From IMG/VR virus record IMGVR_UViG_3300007770_000878: DNA of 64,000 nucleotides; one strand, 5' to 3'. The stretch comes from a virus. Lineage: Duplodnaviria; Heunggongvirae; Uroviricota; Caudoviricetes. Below the pieces are notes generated by a model, which worked only from the letters and a program-made list of their open reading frames with translations, was not told the DNA's origin and did not search any database. Every line of letters starts with the position of its first letter. The first letter of the stretch is position 1. A program made the translations under genes and the position numbers. Positions 46,037-56,009 of this stretch are shown one piece after another.

Positions 46037-46357
46037 CTAGAACCCAAAATGCTCAAGGTCGTCGAGGTAGTCCTCCCAGGTATAGTTGCCGTAGTTGGTC
46101 TCCTCGTTGTACTCCATAATGCTGCGAGAGTTATCGGCTAGATCCTCTCGCCACCAGTTTTCGTCGGCCCAGTCGTGTTCGAAGTCTTGTTCCTCTTGTA
46201 CCAGCCGCAACGGGTCTAACGCAGCCTGGTCGCGGATCTCGAGTTCGTCCTTACGACGGAACCGCCCTTTGGAGTTCCCCATGTAGCGATGTGGTGTGCA
46301 GATTGAGCACCGTACCTTCCGTCGTCGCTTCCCGCTTAACTTTGATCGCTTTTTCAT
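46037..46357 (-). CDS. hypothetical basic/acidic small protein (106 aa)
   Basis: ORF. Confidence 0.35.
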   Translation of the reverse strand: MKKRSKLSGKRRRKVRCSICTPHRYMGNSKGRFRRKDELEIRDQAALDPLRLVQEEQDFEHDWADENWWREDLADNSRSIMEYNEETNYGNYTWEDYLDDLEHFGF

Positions 46358-46592
46358 AAGCTGGTACCAATCCTAAAGCGTAGTTATTTGCTAGCAGCCC
46401 GACAGATATGGAGCTGACTAGTACCCAAAAGTAGACGTAAGACCTTCTGTTGGCAAACAACGAGAAAAGGTATCTCGGGTCTGTCGGCATTTCGCCGGAT
46501 GCCCGCCACCACAACAGCCAGGAGAACACTGCCGCAACCATGCAGGCAATGTCTAAAGCACAAACTATAGGAAACAAAATCAAGATGTCCAT
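46251..46592 (-). CDS. small membrane protein (113 aa)
   Basis: Three hydrophobic segments. Confidence 0.35.
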   Translation of the reverse strand: MDILILFPIVCALDIACMVAAVFSWLLWWRASGEMPTDPRYLFSLFANRRSYVYFWVLVSSISVGLLANNYALGLVPAYEKAIKVKREATTEGTVLNLHTTSLHGELQRAVPS

Positions 46593-46705
46593 AGCATCCT
46601 CGTTAGTTGGGCGGGGGTGACATTTTGCTAACTAGGAAGCACAGTACGACCAAGAACAGAAACGCACCCGTGCAAATCAAAACCGTATAGAGCATTTGAA
46701 TACCC

Positions 46706-47140
46706 CTAGTACGAACAGTGGATACTGCCCCAGATTCCGAAGAGGTCATCGTCCCACAGCCCGGCGGCAGTAAGGTCGGACTTGAGTTTGCCATATGTGT
46801 CGTCAATGCTGTCGGCGTCCAGCACGGACATGCTTTCGCCGTTCCAGCCGCCGCAAGTGATCCCGCGACCAATAAGAATGTTACCCCGGTCCGTAGTGTA
46901 TTGTACGTCCCATTCTTCACCGGATGGGCCAGTCCATTTATCGCCACCGTCAAATGACGGTCCGAGTCGGTTGATCTTATCGACCTTTTCAACACGTATT
47001 GGTGCTCCGCACTCGGAACAAAAAAGACTGTCGGTCTCTTTGTGTTCGCAGCCACGGACCTCGTAGGCCTTTTCCTTGAAGATTTCTTCGTATTCCCAGG
47101 AGACACCGATCATGGTTTGGGCATAGTAGTCAGCTCCCAT
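46706..47140 (-). CDS. hypothetical Cys-containing protein (144 aa)
   Basis: 'CEHKETDSLFCSECGAP' zinc-ribbon-like. The overlapping 46603..47106 ORF in another frame was rejected because it is Ala/Ser/Thr-rich out-of-frame-like. Confidence 0.4.
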   Translation of the reverse strand: MGADYYAQTMIGVSWEYEEIFKEKAYEVRGCEHKETDSLFCSECGAPIRVEKVDKINRLGPSFDGGDKWTGPSGEEWDVQYTTDRGNILIGRGITCGGWNGESMSVLDADSIDDTYGKLKSDLTAAGLWDDDLFGIWGSIHCSY

Positions 47141-47585
47141 AAGCTAGATCTCCACTTCGAAAAAGCTGCGTTCCGAGACCGGCTGATTCGCTGGTTGAAA
47201 TTTGTTCGGCTGGTCTTGCTTGATCTGGTAGTACACCAACCAACCTGCAGCTGTTGTCAAGAAAATAAGTACTGCCGAGGCCCAGACAAACCAGATGAAT
47301 GCTTGGACGGCGTAAAGCCAAAAGTCAACCCGGCTCTCGCAGTTAGCTGGGGGGAGTTTCCTGCGAGGAGGGGTACAAGGATTCGGGAAGTGCATTTTGT
47401 GCCCTTCTGTGTTTCCGCCATTTGCGGAGTCCGTCCCAGGTCAGGCCCATAATCACAATTGGGCCAACATAAAGCCATGACCCCAGCTGAATATGTTCAG
47501 AAGGAATCATTAGTGATCCGATCGCTACGGCAAGGTAGATAGCTAGCCATGCGATGTTGTTGAGAACTTGGGAAGCCATAAGCGG

Positions 47586-48116
47586 CTATGGGGTTTTCTT
47601 CTTGGTAGGAGGGTAGATTATATGCTCGCCCTTGAGCAGCCACAAATACCTACCGTGGGCTTTGACAGTTAGCAGCTGGGGCCGTCTGAAACGTTTACGA
47701 GAACGATCCATTGGCGGCCAGCCCATCAGATTGTCTTCCAGATGCATGGCTACGATTAAGTAAGTTCCGGGCGGCAGATTCAGTACGTAGTCGCCGTTTT
47801 CGTCGGCCTTAGTTTTCGCAACCAGATACTTTTTCCAGTGGGGCATCAGTTGTTTGAAGCGAGCGGGGTGGCAATGCCCTATGTCGTAGTTGTAGGCCAT
47901 AACGTCGTAGCCTGCCCCTTTGTGCACACTTCGAGCAGAAAGCCCTTGGCTGCTGCCCCACTCGACAAGCACTGACTGCGTACCAATTCGAACAAAACCT
48001 TTCACTTCGCCAGTCGCTGGTGGTGCTGCAAGCACAACCAGCAGAAGCAGTAAACTCATGACTACCCTCTTCAATAGTAGTGCTGAACTCAAATTTGTCC
48101 AATAGGTAAAAAACAC
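47586..48116 (-). CDS. secreted beta-sandwich (carboxypeptidase-regulatory-domain-like) protein (176 aa)
   Basis: Signal-like 'LLLLLVVLAAPPATG' and 'ADENGDYVLNLPPGTYLI'. Confidence 0.45.
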   Translation of the reverse strand: MFFTYWTNLSSALLLKRVVMSLLLLLVVLAAPPATGEVKGFVRIGTQSVLVEWGSSQGLSARSVHKGAGYDVMAYNYDIGHCHPARFKQLMPHWKKYLVAKTKADENGDYVLNLPPGTYLIVAMHLEDNLMGWPPMDRSRKRFRRPQLLTVKAHGRYLWLLKGEHIIYPPTKKKTP

Positions 48117-48297
48117 TCAGCAGGACAACACCCGGTAAAATAAGGGTACGGTCCGCCAATGCGTCGAAACTGGACGGCATGGCGGACCTTCGCCTTCGTT
48201 TGTGTCAACCGCTCGCTTCCCGTCGTGGAATGCGTTTGTGGGAAGCTCGCGGAGGAATTGGTAGCTAAGTGCTTCTCATTCTATTATGACGCGTTCG

Positions 48298-48666
48298 TTA
48301 CTGGACTTTAGGTACCGAGGGTTCGTCACGTACGGAACCACTCTCATCCCAGTTGACGACCCCAGGGTGGGCAGCGTATTTGATTACGGTACGTGTTTCT
48401 TCCTTTTTCTGCTTTCGCCGTTGAAGCCACCAGGCCTTGATCTTGTCCGGTGCTGCCCGCCCTGCCTCCATACACCAGATTAGCGAGCATACAATGGCGA
48501 CGATCGGCCAGACGGCGGTGCCGATAATATAGCCAACGTGCATATCGTTGTTGTAATCTCTCTCAGGAAGTCCGACGATCTCTGACACAGCCCCACCAAG
48601 AGCTATGTACAAAGGCACGCCCAGCACTATGCCTAAAATTACATATGCGAGATTCAGACTGGCCAT
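48298..48666 (-). CDS. small membrane protein, paralog 1 of a tandem triplet (122 aa)
   Basis: 2-3 TM segments and a Lys/Arg-rich tail ('QRRKQKKEETRTVIKYAAH'). Confidence 0.45.
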   Translation of the reverse strand: MASLNLAYVILGIVLGVPLYIALGGAVSEIVGLPERDYNNDMHVGYIIGTAVWPIVAIVCSLIWCMEAGRAAPDKIKAWWLQRRKQKKEETRTVIKYAAHPGVVNWDESGSVRDEPSVPKVQ

Positions 48667-48669
48667 TGC

Positions 48670-49017
48670 TCAAGCCTCCTTGTACTTGATTAGGTTCCGT
48701 TCGGCCTCCTTGCGTTTCTTCCTCGCCTCGAACCACCAGAGGAAGGCTGAGCGACCGAGATAGTAACTGTGGCGAGATGTAACGTAAACGCAAAACTTCA
48801 CGGTCAGGATGAGAAGCACAATTGGCCAGAAGATGCAGGATGCGGCGAAGTCGCCAGCACGATCCCTCTGGTCGGCTTCTTCGTACGGATCAAGCGTAGT
48901 AGGACGCTTGAAGTCGATATGGTACCAAATCGCGGCAACAAACCCGCCAATGAGAAAATAGAGGGCAGTGCCAAGCGGAACGAGCACCGTTACGGCAATA
49001 ATGTATAACCAGCTCAC
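48670..49017 (-). CDS. small membrane protein, paralog 2 (115 aa)
   Basis: Same architecture; tail 'WWFEARKKRKEAERNLIKYKEA'. Confidence 0.45.
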   Translation of the reverse strand: MSWLYIIAVTVLVPLGTALYFLIGGFVAAIWYHIDFKRPTTLDPYEEADQRDRAGDFAASCIFWPIVLLILTVKFCVYVTSRHSYYLGRSAFLWWFEARKKRKEAERNLIKYKEA

Positions 49018-49466
49018 GACTTCCCCTCCTTGACAGGTTTACGTGTGGCGTATTCGTACTCGGTCATCTCCGCTTGCTTTTTGCGGTACTCCTTGTACTC
49101 GTCCATAACCTCGCTGGATTTTGTAGCGGCTGAGTCGCCAACACCGGCAACGGCCATAACGATCTTCCCCGCCAGTACGACAATACCGATTAGGGCAAAT
49201 ATCAGCCCGACAACCGGCCAGAACAGGGCTAGGAGAACGTAGTCAGGCGAGAGGTTTTCTCGATCGTCATATCTGTTCGTATTGCTGAAGCGGGCAATGG
49301 CCCCGCCGACGAAGAGATACGCGAGCATACTGGTCACGCCTATTGACGTCCAAAACAAAATTGTCCACCACATAGCAGTTCCTTTGCTAGTTACGACCCA
49401 GTTTGAAGCCAGGCCCAGTACAGAAGGGCGACGGTGACGCCCACAACCATAAACGCGTCTCGACAC
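49014..49466 (-). CDS. small membrane protein, paralog 3 (150 aa)
   Basis: Same architecture; tail 'EYKEYRKKQAEMTEYEY'. Confidence 0.45.
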   Translation of the reverse strand: MSRRVYGCGRHRRPSVLGLASNWVVTSKGTAMWWTILFWTSIGVTSMLAYLFVGGAIARFSNTNRYDDRENLSPDYVLLALFWPVVGLIFALIGIVVLAGKIVMAVAGVGDSAATKSSEVMDEYKEYRKKQAEMTEYEYATRKPVKEGKS

Positions 49467-49498
49467 TCCATTGGAAAACGCCTGAACATCGGTTCCTC

Positions 49499-49849
49499 CT
49501 ATGAACCTTCGGGCTCCACAAACATCGTTTCAGGAACGGCCACACCGGTATAGGCTAGCCGTAACGGATAGTACTGGTCGGTACCAGGTTTCTTAGCAAA
49601 CCACTGCGGCTCACTGACGCCGCCATCACGCAACGTGACGCGAGCTAGCCGTAACTCAGGGGCTGCTTCGTCAGCGACATACGCCCGCTCCAAACTGCAC
49701 TGCTCGCAGTAGTTGTACGATACTTGTACGTGTTTAACTGGGCAACCTTTAAGACCGTACTTGCAGCCGTGGATTACACAACAATCCGACGGACAGAGCC
49801 CGTAGTTGGTACCCGCAGGGTCGCCTAATTCGTTGAGTTCTTTGGTCAA
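49499..49849 (-). CDS. hypothetical Cys-rich protein (116 aa)
   Basis: 'CPSDCCVIHGCKYGLKGCP...CEQCS'. Confidence 0.4.
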   Translation of the reverse strand: MTKELNELGDPAGTNYGLCPSDCCVIHGCKYGLKGCPVKHVQVSYNYCEQCSLERAYVADEAAPELRLARVTLRDGGVSEPQWFAKKPGTDQYYPLRLAYTGVAVPETMFVEPEGS

Positions 49850-50232
49850 TTGTTTTCGCTCCTTCGAAAGTGGGGCTTGCCTCGGAACGTAAATTCCTCG
49901 GTGTACCCCAGTTTGTGCATGGCCTCATTCCAAATGCAGGCCAGCTCCTCTTTAGATACGGTACGGTGATCGTTGACCGCTATGATCAAGTCGACTGCCG
50001 AACAGTGGTACGGCGGGATCTGTTTTGGGTAATCCCGTTTACAAAGATCGCGTAGTGCATAGGTTACGCTTTTCCATTTCGGGCCGAATATCGTAACCGC
50101 CCACCCGGTTAGACAGTACCGGTCGGGGTGCCCTCGTCGCTTACCGCCGAAACATCCTCGAATGATATCCGCTGCGGTGAGCTTCCGGACCCTGCTTGGC
50201 GGAGCATGCTTAGTCACAGCTAGGTTCTCCAA
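49846..50232 (-). CDS. hypothetical protein (128 aa)
   Basis: ORF, start/stop coupled. Confidence 0.4.
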   Translation of the reverse strand: MENLAVTKHAPPSRVRKLTAADIIRGCFGGKRRGHPDRYCLTGWAVTIFGPKWKSVTYALRDLCKRDYPKQIPPYHCSAVDLIIAVNDHRTVSKEELACIWNEAMHKLGYTEEFTFRGKPHFRRSENN

Positions 50233-50237
50233 CGAAT

Positions 50238-50275
50238 AAAAAAAATGTCCCCCACGCCGCCCGTGGAAGGCGGCG
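50238..50275 (-). terminator. intrinsic-terminator-like hairpin + U8 (minus-strand sense)
   Basis: Plus: 'aaaaaaaatgtcccccacgccgcccgtggaaggcggcg'. In minus orientation this is 'CGCCGCCTTCCACGGGCGGCG' (7-bp GC stem) followed by 'TTTTTTTT'. Confidence 0.6.
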
Positions 50276-50302
50276 AAGGGAACGGGGCGATAAACGCAGC
50301 GA

Positions 50303-50947
50303 CTAGCTATCGTCGGCCAGGCGTTGGAAGTGTTTTGCTAGCTGCGAGTAGGCGACCTTGGGGCTGATCTCCCCGAGAACCACCTTACACACGTAGTGCT
50401 TGCGTTCCACCTTGACTGTCTCGCTGACGTCACTCTCAGGGGCGAAAGGCTGCGAGCCGATGCCCCGTCTCTTGAGAAACTCTTGAACGCGAATACGAAA
50501 GGCCGATAACGGCACGGCCTTCTTCTGATTGATTTGCCGCGTGTACATACGCAACAACTCGGCTCGCGTGTGCTTGTTGAGTTTGTTGTTGCTCTGCAGG
50601 GCCAGCAGCACCGCGTAGTCGACATAGGGTTGTTGGTCGTGGGTAAAGTGGCCACGCCATTTGGCGTCAACTTTGCAGTACGCGTCGACGCGTGGTCGAC
50701 TCATGCCTAGCTCTTCCGTACACCAGGCGTAAAAGATCGGCAGGCTGAGCGATGACAGCTGCACATGGAGTTCGCGAACCTCGTTAAGTTCGCGGGCGAA
50801 CTCGGCTTCTTCCTTGTAGACGGTACGTCGTCGATGGCGGGCCGAGGCCGCTAGTCGTGACAGCTCGTCTTTGATCGGTTTTCGCAGAGTCAGGATTTCA
50901 GCACGTGGGGGGAGTGTTTGCGTAGTCATTGGTGGGCATCTCCTCAA
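50303..50947 (-). CDS. hypothetical basic protein (214 aa)
   Basis: ORF; Arg-rich, possibly nucleic-acid binding. Confidence 0.45.
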   Translation of the reverse strand: MRRCPPMTTQTLPPRAEILTLRKPIKDELSRLAASARHRRRTVYKEEAEFARELNEVRELHVQLSSLSLPIFYAWCTEELGMSRPRVDAYCKVDAKWRGHFTHDQQPYVDYAVLLALQSNNKLNKHTRAELLRMYTRQINQKKAVPLSAFRIRVQEFLKRRGIGSQPFAPESDVSETVKVERKHYVCKVVLGEISPKVAYSQLAKHFQRLADDS

Positions 50948-51044
50948 TGACAGGTTAATAGTGCGGACTCACCGATAAAACACCGGATAAGCTTGTCCAT
51001 CTAATGATGACGCAAATTCCCTCGCTATTTAGGCATAAAGAAAG

Positions 51045-51092
51045 CCCGCCCAGGACCGAGTCCCGAGCGGGCTTATTAGGAGATGACGTGTG
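51045..51092 (-). terminator. terminator-like hairpin downstream of the 1533-aa gene region (minus sense)
   Basis: 'aaagcccgc ccaggaccgagtcccga gcgggcttatt'. In minus sense an 8-bp GC stem is followed by 'TTCTTTAT'. Confidence 0.45.
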
Positions 51093-51334
51093 CCAGCACG
51101 CCATGGACATCGCCAAACATCCTCTCCTACTAGTTGTCGTCACCTTCGTCCTCTGGTGTATGCTGCTCCAAGTAGCTCTCCAGCTCATCGTACAGCTTAC
51201 AGAAGCGGGCGAGTTTCTTTGTGAAGGTGGGATGGCCTTCGACGTTAACCGGTCCGGCATAGTCGACCATGCCGGTTAGTCCACCCTCCCACTCCGTCTT
51301 TTGAGCGTAGTCTGCTAAAGTCCACGTGTCGTTA

Positions 51335-54300
51335 TCAGCCACGAGCTGTTCCTCCTACTTGTCCGTTTTGAAGTTGTGCGAGTATTCTTTGCATCAATCC
51401 TTGTTGTTGGTCGGGCGGCAAATTTTGGAAGCCAGGTTGGTTCTGCAGGTTTGCCATTGCTTGCTGAGCGTAGTGCTGCATCGACGGAGATCCGCCAAGT
51501 GCCCCTAACGCACCCAAGCCTGCACCGGCTCCCATCATTCCCAATCCGCCTCCTGTCGAGCCGCCTGCGGCCATCATCCCGAGGCCGCCAAGTCCTAATG
51601 CTCCGCCGCCAAGCAGTCCAGCTTTCATGCCGGGCGACATGTTGCCCCACATCCCCATCATTTTAGCCGCAGGGCTGTTGATGAAGGATTGTGCATCGGG
51701 GTAGCCGAATTGTTTGGCGTACTGGTCAACATAATCTTGGGCACGCGATTCCGCCATTCCACGAATGCCTTCGGCGGCCAAGCCACCGCCAGCGAGTGCG
51801 GAGAAAACTCGTTGACCGGTATTCTGTCCTGAGGCCCACGGGTTGAACATCCGGTGACCTTGATAAACAGCACGCCGTCCGAGGTTAGATATATTCTTGC
51901 CAAGCGGCCCGCCTTTGACCCACTGCAGAGCTTGCGGACTTTTTGGCATCGTTCCCATTTGCATGAGCGACTTAGCCGCACCTTGTCCACGAGCACCGCC
52001 GAGGGTTTTGCCCATCTGCATCATTCGTCGCGGGCCAAGAAAGGCTGAACCGCCTCCAAGAGCACCGCCGATATGTGAAAGGGCACCGCCAGTATCGTAA
52101 CCAGCTAATCCGGCAATTTGGTCAGCACCGTAGCCCGCACCACTTCCGCCCAGATATCCGAGCCCTGTTCGGAGCAACTTTCCTCCCAGTTGCTTGAAGG
52201 CTTGTTTCTCTAACGCGGCCATTTTTGGAGCCAAAGGTTGCTGGTGGGGAACTTTCCCTACTTGCGGACCTTGGCCGCCTGCTCCCATCTCATGTGGTTT
52301 GATCACTTTGAAGGGTTGCGGTTTAGCAGCACGCGACTTCATCGCTCCAGGCAGATTCTGGGCCAGATTGCTCTGGATAGCCGATTGTCCGGCCAAATGC
52401 GACTCCATCCCACGCATTCGGTTGAAGGCATTGGGATCTTGACCACTAGCGAACATATCGTATCGCTTGGTGAAGGCTTGGTGGGCCGGAGTACCTGCTT
52501 GCGAAGCGTAACTGGCTGGAGTTCGTTGTTCCAGGCCTTGCAAGCGTCGAACTTCCCTCATATTGCCTGCCTGCTGTGCTCGAGCGATTTGCGAGGCATA
52601 TCGCCCCGGTTTTGGCCCTGGCGACGGAATTGGCTGGGAACCGGGCGAAATAGCCCCAATCCCAGGCGTTGGCTGGTATTCGTGGCCACCTTGGCCTTGA
52701 ACACGCTGCATTCCACCCATTCCGGGCACATTTTGCTCCAAAACCGTCCCAACAGCTGGTTGTGGCGGCATTGCCGGTTTTTGCGGTGCAATTGGTGCAG
52801 CAGGAGCCTGCTGGGGTTGTGGGCCCGCTTGAGCCGGTGGAACCGCCGATTCCGGGTGTTCGGAACCAGATTCGAAGCGTTGGATGCGTTGAGCCATCTC
52901 TGCGGGGGAAATACCGGCAATTTGGGCTGCTTGTTGCTGTTGAGCGTCGAGGCCCGGGGATACGGGCGGATTTACCGCACTCATTCCTGGCGTCGGCCCT
53001 GCAAACTGCTGCTGAGGTGCCTGTGGGATCTCCTGGCTCAATTCTCCCGCACTTGGAAGCCCCATTCCGATTGATGAGGCCCCTGGCGTGAAAGTGGGCT
53101 CAGGCGGCCCCTGAGGAGCCTCAGGAGGTTGCTGTTGTTGCTGAACGCCAGGAGCGGGCATTTGAGGGACTTGCGGTCCAGGCGTAATGCGATCGTAGCC
53201 AGTGCCATCTTGATCCCAGTTGCCTTGGTAGTATCCTTCGGGCGGTATAGGTTGAGTTTCTTGCCGCATCATTTCAGCTGGCCACTCGTCAGCTCGAGCA
53301 TCCGCACGTGCCCTGGCAAACGGGTCTTGAGCCTGCATTTGCTCCTGAATAGGCCGATCTGGCGGTGTTTCGGTGCCAGGAATGCCTAACAGGCCGTCTG
53401 GCCGTTGATCGAACTCTTCAGGAGCTGGTTCGCCCCTTCCTTCCCACAAGCGGCTTGGTTCGGTCTGAAATGGCGATTGACCGCCCATACCGCCGCCGAT
53501 CTGCGTTCCTGGCGTATGTGGCTTAAAACCGCTGATATCACCACTCGTGAAGGGATCGGTCCCGTCGTCGGGCAGATCATAGGCTTCGGGCGGGATATTC
53601 TGGCCAGCATGGCTGATTTGCTTCGGAGGCCAGGTTGAAGGGAAATCGACCTCGTTCAACGGATCGTACTGGTTCTGCTGAAACTGCGGATCGTTGGCCA
53701 AGTGCGGCGGAATCATTTCAGTCGTAGGATGCCACCCGTACGGATTGGTGCTACCTGGCGGAAATGCCTCGTCATTCGTCTGGGGAAGGCCGCTGGCGTC
53801 GAATGCCTGCTTTTGGCCCGGTTTTGACGCCAAGGAGCGAATACCGGGTGCCTGGGCCTTTTTGAGCTGATTTTCCGGATCTGGGGCCACGAACAGCGAT
53901 TCGGAGGTTCCCCCTGGCGTCAACATGGAATCTACCCCCTTTTCACGCTTTACGTCGCCAAGATCGACTTCCCGGCCAGATTGATCGGGTGCCACCTTGT
54001 ATGGCTTGCGGTATTCACCCGCTGCCGACGCGTTGGTGGTATTTGTGGCTCCTGCGAGTTTGCGGAGATATAGCCAGGGCTCGCGATTGTCTGGGTCACG
54101 CCTGGCCTTTAGCTTGTGTAGCATTTCATCCCAATCAGTAGGGGCTCTTGCCAATTTCTCCGCGATATATCCAGAGGGACCCGCACTACCGGGTGTTGGG
54201 ACCCCTATTTGACCTGTAGTATGTGTGGAGACCTCCCGCACCTCCCCTGCTTGGGGACCCCCTATTCCTGCCTGGCCAAGAAATGTTGAGGGATAGGCTA

Positions 54301-55936
54301 GCTTGTCTGTCCCCGTCTTTTCTGGCAGATGAAGCAGTGTTCGCATACGTTTGTTGGCTGAGCCTGCCATGTGTGAGCCTAATCCCTTTATGTCCTGTAG
54401 ATTGGGTGGGTTTGTGATGAGGTGGTGTAGCTTGGTCCACTTACTGGCGTTTCCCTGGGGTTTTGGCCTGAATCGGTCGTATGCGGCCTCGCCTGCCATG
54501 TAACCAGCGGGAATACCAGCCAATCCGCCGCCAAGTCCTGCCCTAAGCTCCCCTGGCGATGTGAGTTTGACGCCTGGGATCGGTGAGAGGCCAGTGGGGC
54601 GAAAACGGCGATAAAGAGCCCTGGCACCGTGAGAACCAAGCCCCATTCCAAGCCAAGATGCCAAAAGACCAGGCAAAATGGCATCTTTCTCCATGTGAAT
54701 CCCTTGGTCGCTTGTGGAATTGCCCTGGCCAGCCGAACTGGACTTTCCATAAGCACCCATAAGCACGCCAGAGTCTTGGCGATCACGCTCCGGCCCCATT
54801 AATTCATCAGCCAGGTAATCTCCGCCCTTCCCTGCAGCATAAGAACCCAAACCACCGGAACCGAAGATTGCAGCAAGACGAAGCCAAGGATTATCAACAG
54901 ATGAAGAGAGTTCGTTCCCGGCCATCGCACCAATGCCAAAACCTGCTCCGGATGCTCCGCCCGTCAAAGCACCACGGGCCATGCCGTGTAACTTTGAATC
55001 GTCGGGAGCACGGCCTAAGCCACGAGCGGCACCCCATCCTGCACCTAAACCCAATGATAGCAAGGGGTTGGCTCGTTTCTCTGTCGTCGCTCTTTTACTG
55101 GCCGTGGCGTGATGTCGGTCGCCAGAAGGGTCTGGCGTCAAGTACGGAGACTGAATACCGGACAGATTAGCCCTGGCGTCAAGACCGTAAGTGTTGCCCT
55201 GGCCATAGGTTGCGTGTTTGTGTCGATCGAGCGTTGTGTTAGGAACACGCCCTGCCTCCGTCCGAGCAACCTCTTCACAAACCCCCGTCGGAAGGGCATT
55301 GGCGGATGACTTCGAACGAACAGGGTAAGCCCGAGCAACCGCTTTTCGTGTCTTTTCTTTACCTATCAGAGCCAGATTACGTGGGGTATTAGCCATCTTT
55401 GGCAACATTCCCCCCATCGGTACCTGATCCTCTGGTGAAAGCGGCTGTGGAGTCTGAGTACTCGCCATAACAGGACTACGCAACGGCACTTGGCTCGTAA
55501 TTGGCCCCTCACCCGGCTTCTGAATAGCTCCAGTCGCTCCAAACCCTGGAACTGGTGACTGTGGAGGCAACATAGGCTGTTGTGGGGGTTGCTGAGGCAT
55601 TTGACCCTGGCCAGCTACCTGCATTGGCATATTAGCCATTTTAGGCTGAAGCCCTGGCAGCTTATGTGGAAGAGCCGCCTGTCCAGGTAACGGTTTAGGC
55701 AACAAACCAGGAGCTATCGTATTCATAGCTGCAGGCGATTGAGCTACACCCTGTGGAGTAGCCAATACCGGGGGCTTGTGAAGAGGTGTTGCTCCTGGAG
55801 CTGGTCCTGCTACACGTCCTGCCTGTGGGGAGTTAATACCAGAAGTACGTGCCATCTGGTGTGGGCTCTCAGTAGTTGGCATCTGCATGTGATCAACCGC
55901 ATTAGTTGTTAACGGTTGAGGTGTGAGATTTGGCAT
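51335..55936 (-). CDS. giant Pro/Gln/Gly-rich low-complexity protein (1533 aa)
   Basis: Single uninterrupted ORF. The first roughly 450 and residues 900-1200 are extremely P/Q/G/A-rich with 'PQQPPQQP' runs. The central and C-terminal parts are Gly-rich with aromatic residues. The antisense plus ORFs were rejected. Confidence 0.6.
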   Translation of the reverse strand: MPNLTPQPLTTNAVDHMQMPTTESPHQMARTSGINSPQAGRVAGPAPGATPLHKPPVLATPQGVAQSPAAMNTIAPGLLPKPLPGQAALPHKLPGLQPKMANMPMQVAGQGQMPQQPPQQPMLPPQSPVPGFGATGAIQKPGEGPITSQVPLRSPVMASTQTPQPLSPEDQVPMGGMLPKMANTPRNLALIGKEKTRKAVARAYPVRSKSSANALPTGVCEEVARTEAGRVPNTTLDRHKHATYGQGNTYGLDARANLSGIQSPYLTPDPSGDRHHATASKRATTEKRANPLLSLGLGAGWGAARGLGRAPDDSKLHGMARGALTGGASGAGFGIGAMAGNELSSSVDNPWLRLAAIFGSGGLGSYAAGKGGDYLADELMGPERDRQDSGVLMGAYGKSSSAGQGNSTSDQGIHMEKDAILPGLLASWLGMGLGSHGARALYRRFRPTGLSPIPGVKLTSPGELRAGLGGGLAGIPAGYMAGEAAYDRFRPKPQGNASKWTKLHHLITNPPNLQDIKGLGSHMAGSANKRMRTLLHLPEKTGTDKLAYPSTFLGQAGIGGPQAGEVREVSTHTTGQIGVPTPGSAGPSGYIAEKLARAPTDWDEMLHKLKARRDPDNREPWLYLRKLAGATNTTNASAAGEYRKPYKVAPDQSGREVDLGDVKREKGVDSMLTPGGTSESLFVAPDPENQLKKAQAPGIRSLASKPGQKQAFDASGLPQTNDEAFPPGSTNPYGWHPTTEMIPPHLANDPQFQQNQYDPLNEVDFPSTWPPKQISHAGQNIPPEAYDLPDDGTDPFTSGDISGFKPHTPGTQIGGGMGGQSPFQTEPSRLWEGRGEPAPEEFDQRPDGLLGIPGTETPPDRPIQEQMQAQDPFARARADARADEWPAEMMRQETQPIPPEGYYQGNWDQDGTGYDRITPGPQVPQMPAPGVQQQQQPPEAPQGPPEPTFTPGASSIGMGLPSAGELSQEIPQAPQQQFAGPTPGMSAVNPPVSPGLDAQQQQAAQIAGISPAEMAQRIQRFESGSEHPESAVPPAQAGPQPQQAPAAPIAPQKPAMPPQPAVGTVLEQNVPGMGGMQRVQGQGGHEYQPTPGIGAISPGSQPIPSPGPKPGRYASQIARAQQAGNMREVRRLQGLEQRTPASYASQAGTPAHQAFTKRYDMFASGQDPNAFNRMRGMESHLAGQSAIQSNLAQNLPGAMKSRAAKPQPFKVIKPHEMGAGGQGPQVGKVPHQQPLAPKMAALEKQAFKQLGGKLLRTGLGYLGGSGAGYGADQIAGLAGYDTGGALSHIGGALGGGSAFLGPRRMMQMGKTLGGARGQGAAKSLMQMGTMPKSPQALQWVKGGPLGKNISNLGRRAVYQGHRMFNPWASGQNTGQRVFSALAGGGLAAEGIRGMAESRAQDYVDQYAKQFGYPDAQSFINSPAAKMMGMWGNMSPGMKAGLLGGGALGLGGLGMMAAGGSTGGGLGMMGAGAGLGALGALGGSPSMQHYAQQAMANLQNQPGFQNLPPDQQQGLMQRILAQLQNGQVGGTARG

Positions 55937-56009
55937 GGAGACGGCTTCCCTGACTATGGTGTAGTTGCCGAGTTTTGACGTTTGGCGATAAGCGGATTAT
56001 AGCGTAACG

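Noticed and set aside
46603-47106. 167-aa minus-strand ORF overlapping 46706..47140 in another frame
   Set aside because: Ala/Thr/Ser/Val-rich with no features. The overlapping frame encodes a Cys-cluster protein with better start context. Only one of the two is likely real.
52238-53074. 278-aa plus-strand ORF inside the giant P/Q/G-rich gene
   Set aside because: Antisense of low-complexity repeats. Trp/Arg/Leu-rich as expected for the reverse frame of Pro/Gln codons.
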